Source: Phaeosaccion multiseriatum (Eukaryota; Protista; Ochrophyta, other classes). From it: a DNA stretch of 64,000 bases. Positions 60,401-64,000 of this stretch are shown here, in pieces. Under the pieces are notes generated by a model. It worked only from the letters and a program-made list of their open reading frames with translations, was not told where the DNA came from and ran no database searches. The translations under genes were made by a program, and so were the position numbers. The stretch spans positions 434,001-498,000 of the forward strand of contig OZ218961.1 in the NCBI GenBank assembly GCA_965112735.1, written 5' to 3'. Each line of letters opens with the position of its first letter. Positions within the stretch are counted from its first letter, which is position 1.

Positions 60401-63400
60401 GTGAGTGAGTGAGGGAGTGAGGGAGTGAGTGAGGGAGTGAGGGAGTGAGTGAGTCAATGAGTGAGTGAGGGAGTGAGTGAGTGAGTGAGTGAGTGAGTGA
60501 GTGAGTGAGTGAGTGAGTGAGTGAGTGAGTGAGTGGGTGAGTGAGGGAGTGAGTGAGTGAGGGAGTGAGTGAGGGAGTGAAGGAGTGAGTGAGTGAGTAA
60601 GTGAGTGAGTGAGTGAGTGAGTGAGTGAGTGAGGGAGTGAGGGAGTGAGGGAGTGAGTGAGTGAGGGAGTGAGGGAGTGAGTGAGGGGGTGAGTGAGTGA
60701 GGGAGTGAGTGAGGGAGTGAGTGAGTGAGGGAGTGAGTGAGTCAATGAGTGAGTGAGTCAATGAGTGAGTGAGGGAGTGAGTGAGTGAGTGAGTGAGTGA
60801 GGGAGGGAGGGAGTGAGTGAGTGAGTGAGTGAAGTGAGTGAGTGAGCGAGTGAGTGAGTGAGTCAGTGAGGGCGTGAGAGAGTGAGGAAGTGAGGGTGTG
60901 ATGGTGTGAAGTGAGTGAGTGAGAGAGTGACTGCATGAGAGTGAGTGCGTGAGTGTATGAGTGAGTGAGCGCGTGAGTGAGGGCATGCGTGAGGGCGTGA
61001 GTTGCGTGCGTGCGTGCGTGACTGCGTGACTGCGTGACTGCGTGACTGACTGACTGACTGACTGACTGACTGACTGACTGACTGACTGACTGACACTGCC
61101 ACCCCCCACCAACCCCTTCCTCCCCACAGATGGCTGTGCTCCGCCTCTCACCAACCCGCCTCCCAAATCTCACTCAAGCACCTGCCTGCCCGCCTGAGGG
61201 GCGATTGGAAAGACCATCACCTCAAGTTTCCCTTCACAGAGGAGGACTTACCCAACCTCAGCTTGGACGATGTGCTGGAGGTGGGTGTCTGGACCGGTGT
61301 TAGGTGTCAGGATTCGTCGTGTGGGTGTTCGGTATTTGCGTTTCCGTGTTGCAGTTGCAGTTTTAGTTTCCTCTCACAGAGGAGGACTGACTTACGTAAA
61401 TCTCAGTGGGGATGATGTGTTGGAGGTGGGTGTCAGGACAGTCTGTTGGGTGTCAGGACCAGTGTAAGGTGTCACTGCCACCCCACCCTACCCCACCACC
61501 CCACCTCACCCACTGTCATCCCACCCCAAACTCCCATCCCTCACATCCACTGCCATCCCACCCACTGCCATCCCACCCACTGTCATCCCACCCACTGCTA
61601 TCCCACCCACTGCCATCCCACCCCACACTCCCATTCCTCACATCCACTGCCATCCCACCCACTGTCATCCCACCCACTGTCATCCCACCCACTGCTATCC
61701 CACCCACTGCCATCCCACCCCACACCCCCTACCTCCCACATCCACTGCCATCCCTCCTCCCCAGCGGCACCAACTGTCGAAGAACGGCGCGTCTGAGATT
61801 TGGTTCGGGCACCTTGCCATGTCAGCCCTTCACGGCTTCACAGAGGAGGAGGATGATGACAGTCAGGGGGACAACGACAGCGAGGGGGACAGCGACGACG
61901 GGTAAGGAAGGGAGGGAAGGGGTGCGGGAGGGAGGGAGGGAGAGACGGAGAGAGGAAGGAAGGAAGGAAGGAAGGAAGGAAGGAAGGAAGGAAGGAAGGA
62001 AGGAAGGAAGGAAGGAAGGAAGGAAAGAACGAAGGGAGGGAGGGAGGGAGGGAAGGAGGGAGGGTGGGTGCGTAGGAGGGAGGGAGAGAAGAGGGAGGTA
62101 GAGGCAGAGACAGAGATAGAGGGACAACCTCCCCATATGCACTCTAATCTGTCCCTCCCTCCTCCCCGTTTCTCCATCCCCCGCCCTTCCCATATACCTC
62201 TCATCTCTCTCCCTCAAATGACGACAGCAACACACCTCTCCTAGGTCGCTCCTCCTCCAGGCTTAAGTCCCTCTCCGCTCTCAAGGAGGAAGAGGAGGAG
62301 GAGGACGGGGAGGAGGGGGAGGAGGGGGAGGAGGGGGGAGGGCAGGGGCGGAACGAGGAGGAGGAGGTGAAGGAGGAGTTGATAGAGAGCGAGGACGAAG
62401 CGACTCTTGTCAGCGGGGCCGCCCGGAGGTCCCCGGAGGGCACCCTCGCTCTCAGGCCGCAGTCAGCGCAACCTCACGGCCAAAGCACTTCCCACCAAAG
62501 TAGTAGCGGAAACTTGTCCGCCAACAACAACTCCCCTCGGCACGGAAGCAGCAGCAGCGCGATGGGGAGCATCGGCGGCGGCGGCGGCGGCGGCGGCGGA
62601 GGCGGCAGCGGCAGCAAGAGCAGAGTGTCTACCCATATGCTCTTCCCTAAAGAACCAAGCACCTCGTCCCGCAACAACCCCAAGCGGCTGTTTCAGAAAG
62701 ATAGTACCGTCTCCTCCTCCAGCAGCAAGAGCTTTACCAGGGGGAGCACCTCCAGCTATAGCACTTGGTCGTCCAACTCTTCCCTCGTCAGCCCTGCATC
62801 ATCACCGCATCATGTGTCTTTTAAAGGAGCAAGTCCGAAGGCGTCGCTGAATGAGCAAGTCCAGAGAGGCAGTGACGGGGGCGCGGCGTTGCGAAGGCAG
62901 TCGCTGGGTAAGTGTGTGTATGAGTGCGTGTGTGTGTGCGTGTGTGTGTGCGTGTGTGTATGTGTGTGCGTGTGTGTGCGTGTGTGTGTGTGTGCGGGGG
63001 GGGGGGGGTTGGCTCTGCTCTGTATCACCAACTGCTCTGCTATGCTGTGTCTCTCTTCTACTGACGCTTTCTGGCCTTCCCTCCCCCTCTCTATGACTCT
63101 CCCTGCTCTCCGGCTCTCTTTGATACTCCCCCTCTGTCCCCATATGCCTCTATCCATGACCCCTGTAGGCCAATCCCCGCCCCTCGGGGCTGCTGCCAAG
63201 GACTTTGACATATTAGACGAGGCTCGAATGAGGTGAGGGGAACGGAAAATGGCTTGAGGCCATAGCTTAGCTTAGGGCAGTTCAGTTCACACTCGAATCC
63301 GTTACAGAGTAGACCGACACCGCGCCTAAAGAGCTGCCCACTCTCCCGCATATATCCATGTGTTGCAGAGGGTAAGGCAAGGATCACAGAAAGTCGTATC

Positions 63401-64000
63401 AAATTGTTCAAAGGGATTAAATTCTGCCCTGTCGAGGGTATATGAAGGATAGAAGGAGGAGAGAAGGGTACGGTACGCAAGGCTTGCTTCCCTAATGTGC
63501 CTATCCCCCAGCCGTGCTCTCCTCAGTAGGCTGGGACGTCCTCCACCCCTGTCTTGTTCCCCTTCACCTCACTTACCCTCTAGCTGCTGTCAATTTTCTC
63601 TTTTTTTCTGTTCTAACTCTCCCGATCTGTGTAACTGTATGTAACTGACAGGGCGGTGTCCACCCCATGGACTGACGGCCTTGACGTCCCTGAAGATGAC
63701 GCGGGCAGCATAGAGGACAGGTGCGTGCGTCACCCCATCCCGTCTATGCCTGTGTGTGCGAGTGTGTGTGTGAAAAGTTTATGTGCGTGTGTGTGAGTGT
63801 GAGTATGTATGTGTGTATGTGTGTGTGCGTGTGCGTGCGTGTGTGTGCGTGTGTGTGCGTGTGTGTGCGTGTGTGTGCGTCTGTGTACGTGTGTGCGTGT
63901 GTGCATGTGTGTGTGCGTGTATAAGGGTATGTGTACTGACAAAGGGGGGGGAGGTGTGTGAAATTGGCAAAATCTTTCTTCACCCTATTCATTCCACAGT
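54456..64000 (+). CDS. SOS1/NHX7-like CPA1 Na+/H+ antiporter, truncated at the window end
   Basis: More than 15 exons. Motifs: [81 protein letters not shown]. Long cytosolic tail and an N-terminal signal peptide. Confidence 0.92.
55691..55800. repeat. 36-bp intronic tandem repeat x3
   Basis: CATCCATGCCTTTGACCCTCTCTTTCTCTCGTC-type units. Confidence 0.8.
60189..61092. repeat. About 900-bp intronic (GAGT/GAGG)n then (GACT)n microsatellite complex
   Basis: Directly visible inside an antiporter intron. Confidence 0.92.

Noticed and set aside
5282-61173. Long PPSL / GGRE / THSL / CVCV ORFs in the ORF track (e.g. 5308-6177, 19754-20356, 57000-57758, 60117-61166)
   Set aside because: They are translations of stop-free intronic microsatellites or antisense frames.

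Overview
This is eukaryotic nuclear DNA, very rich in introns and microsatellites. Most ORFs in the supplied track are low-complexity artefacts, so I rebuilt gene models by hand from splice sites and reading-frame phase. The host is most likely a photosynthetic stramenopile (ochrophyte). This is inferred from a signal-peptide + 'AF' plastid-targeting N-terminus, WRKY19-like C3H zinc-finger arrays and 'GCPW'-type ankyrin repeats. Genes, left to right: a selenoprotein U/PRXL2-like redoxin with an in-frame UGA in a UxxC motif (-); an Rtt106/SSRP1-type histone chaperone (+); mitochondrial adrenodoxin reductase (-); two decayed ankyrin-repeat pseudogenes (-); a large disordered Byr4/Bfa1-like protein (+); a membrane-anchored A1 aspartic protease (+); an orphan-domain protein with a 10x zinc-finger array and a triplicated 366-bp intron+exon unit (-); a decayed, possibly SNase-like gene (+); a C2-domain protein (+); Tctex-1 dynein light chain (+); a small mitochondrial single-TM protein (-); a histidine phosphatase (+); a TIR-bounded MITE; an ELO fatty-acid elongase fused to a bacterial/phage-like beta domain (-); and a SOS1-like Na+/H+ antiporter running off the right end (+). 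The most striking unexplained signals are: (i) a dispersed 12-mer, GTATCACCAACT, present 10 times exactly, in introns and in exons where it is read in different frames and strands; (ii) a splice-site-polarised 15-mer, GGATGGCAGTGGATG/CATCCACTGCCATCC, together with complementary purine/pyrimidine intron ends; (iii) the putatively plastid-targeted selenoprotein; (iv) the elongase fusion. No database searches were run, so family calls rest on remembered motifs.
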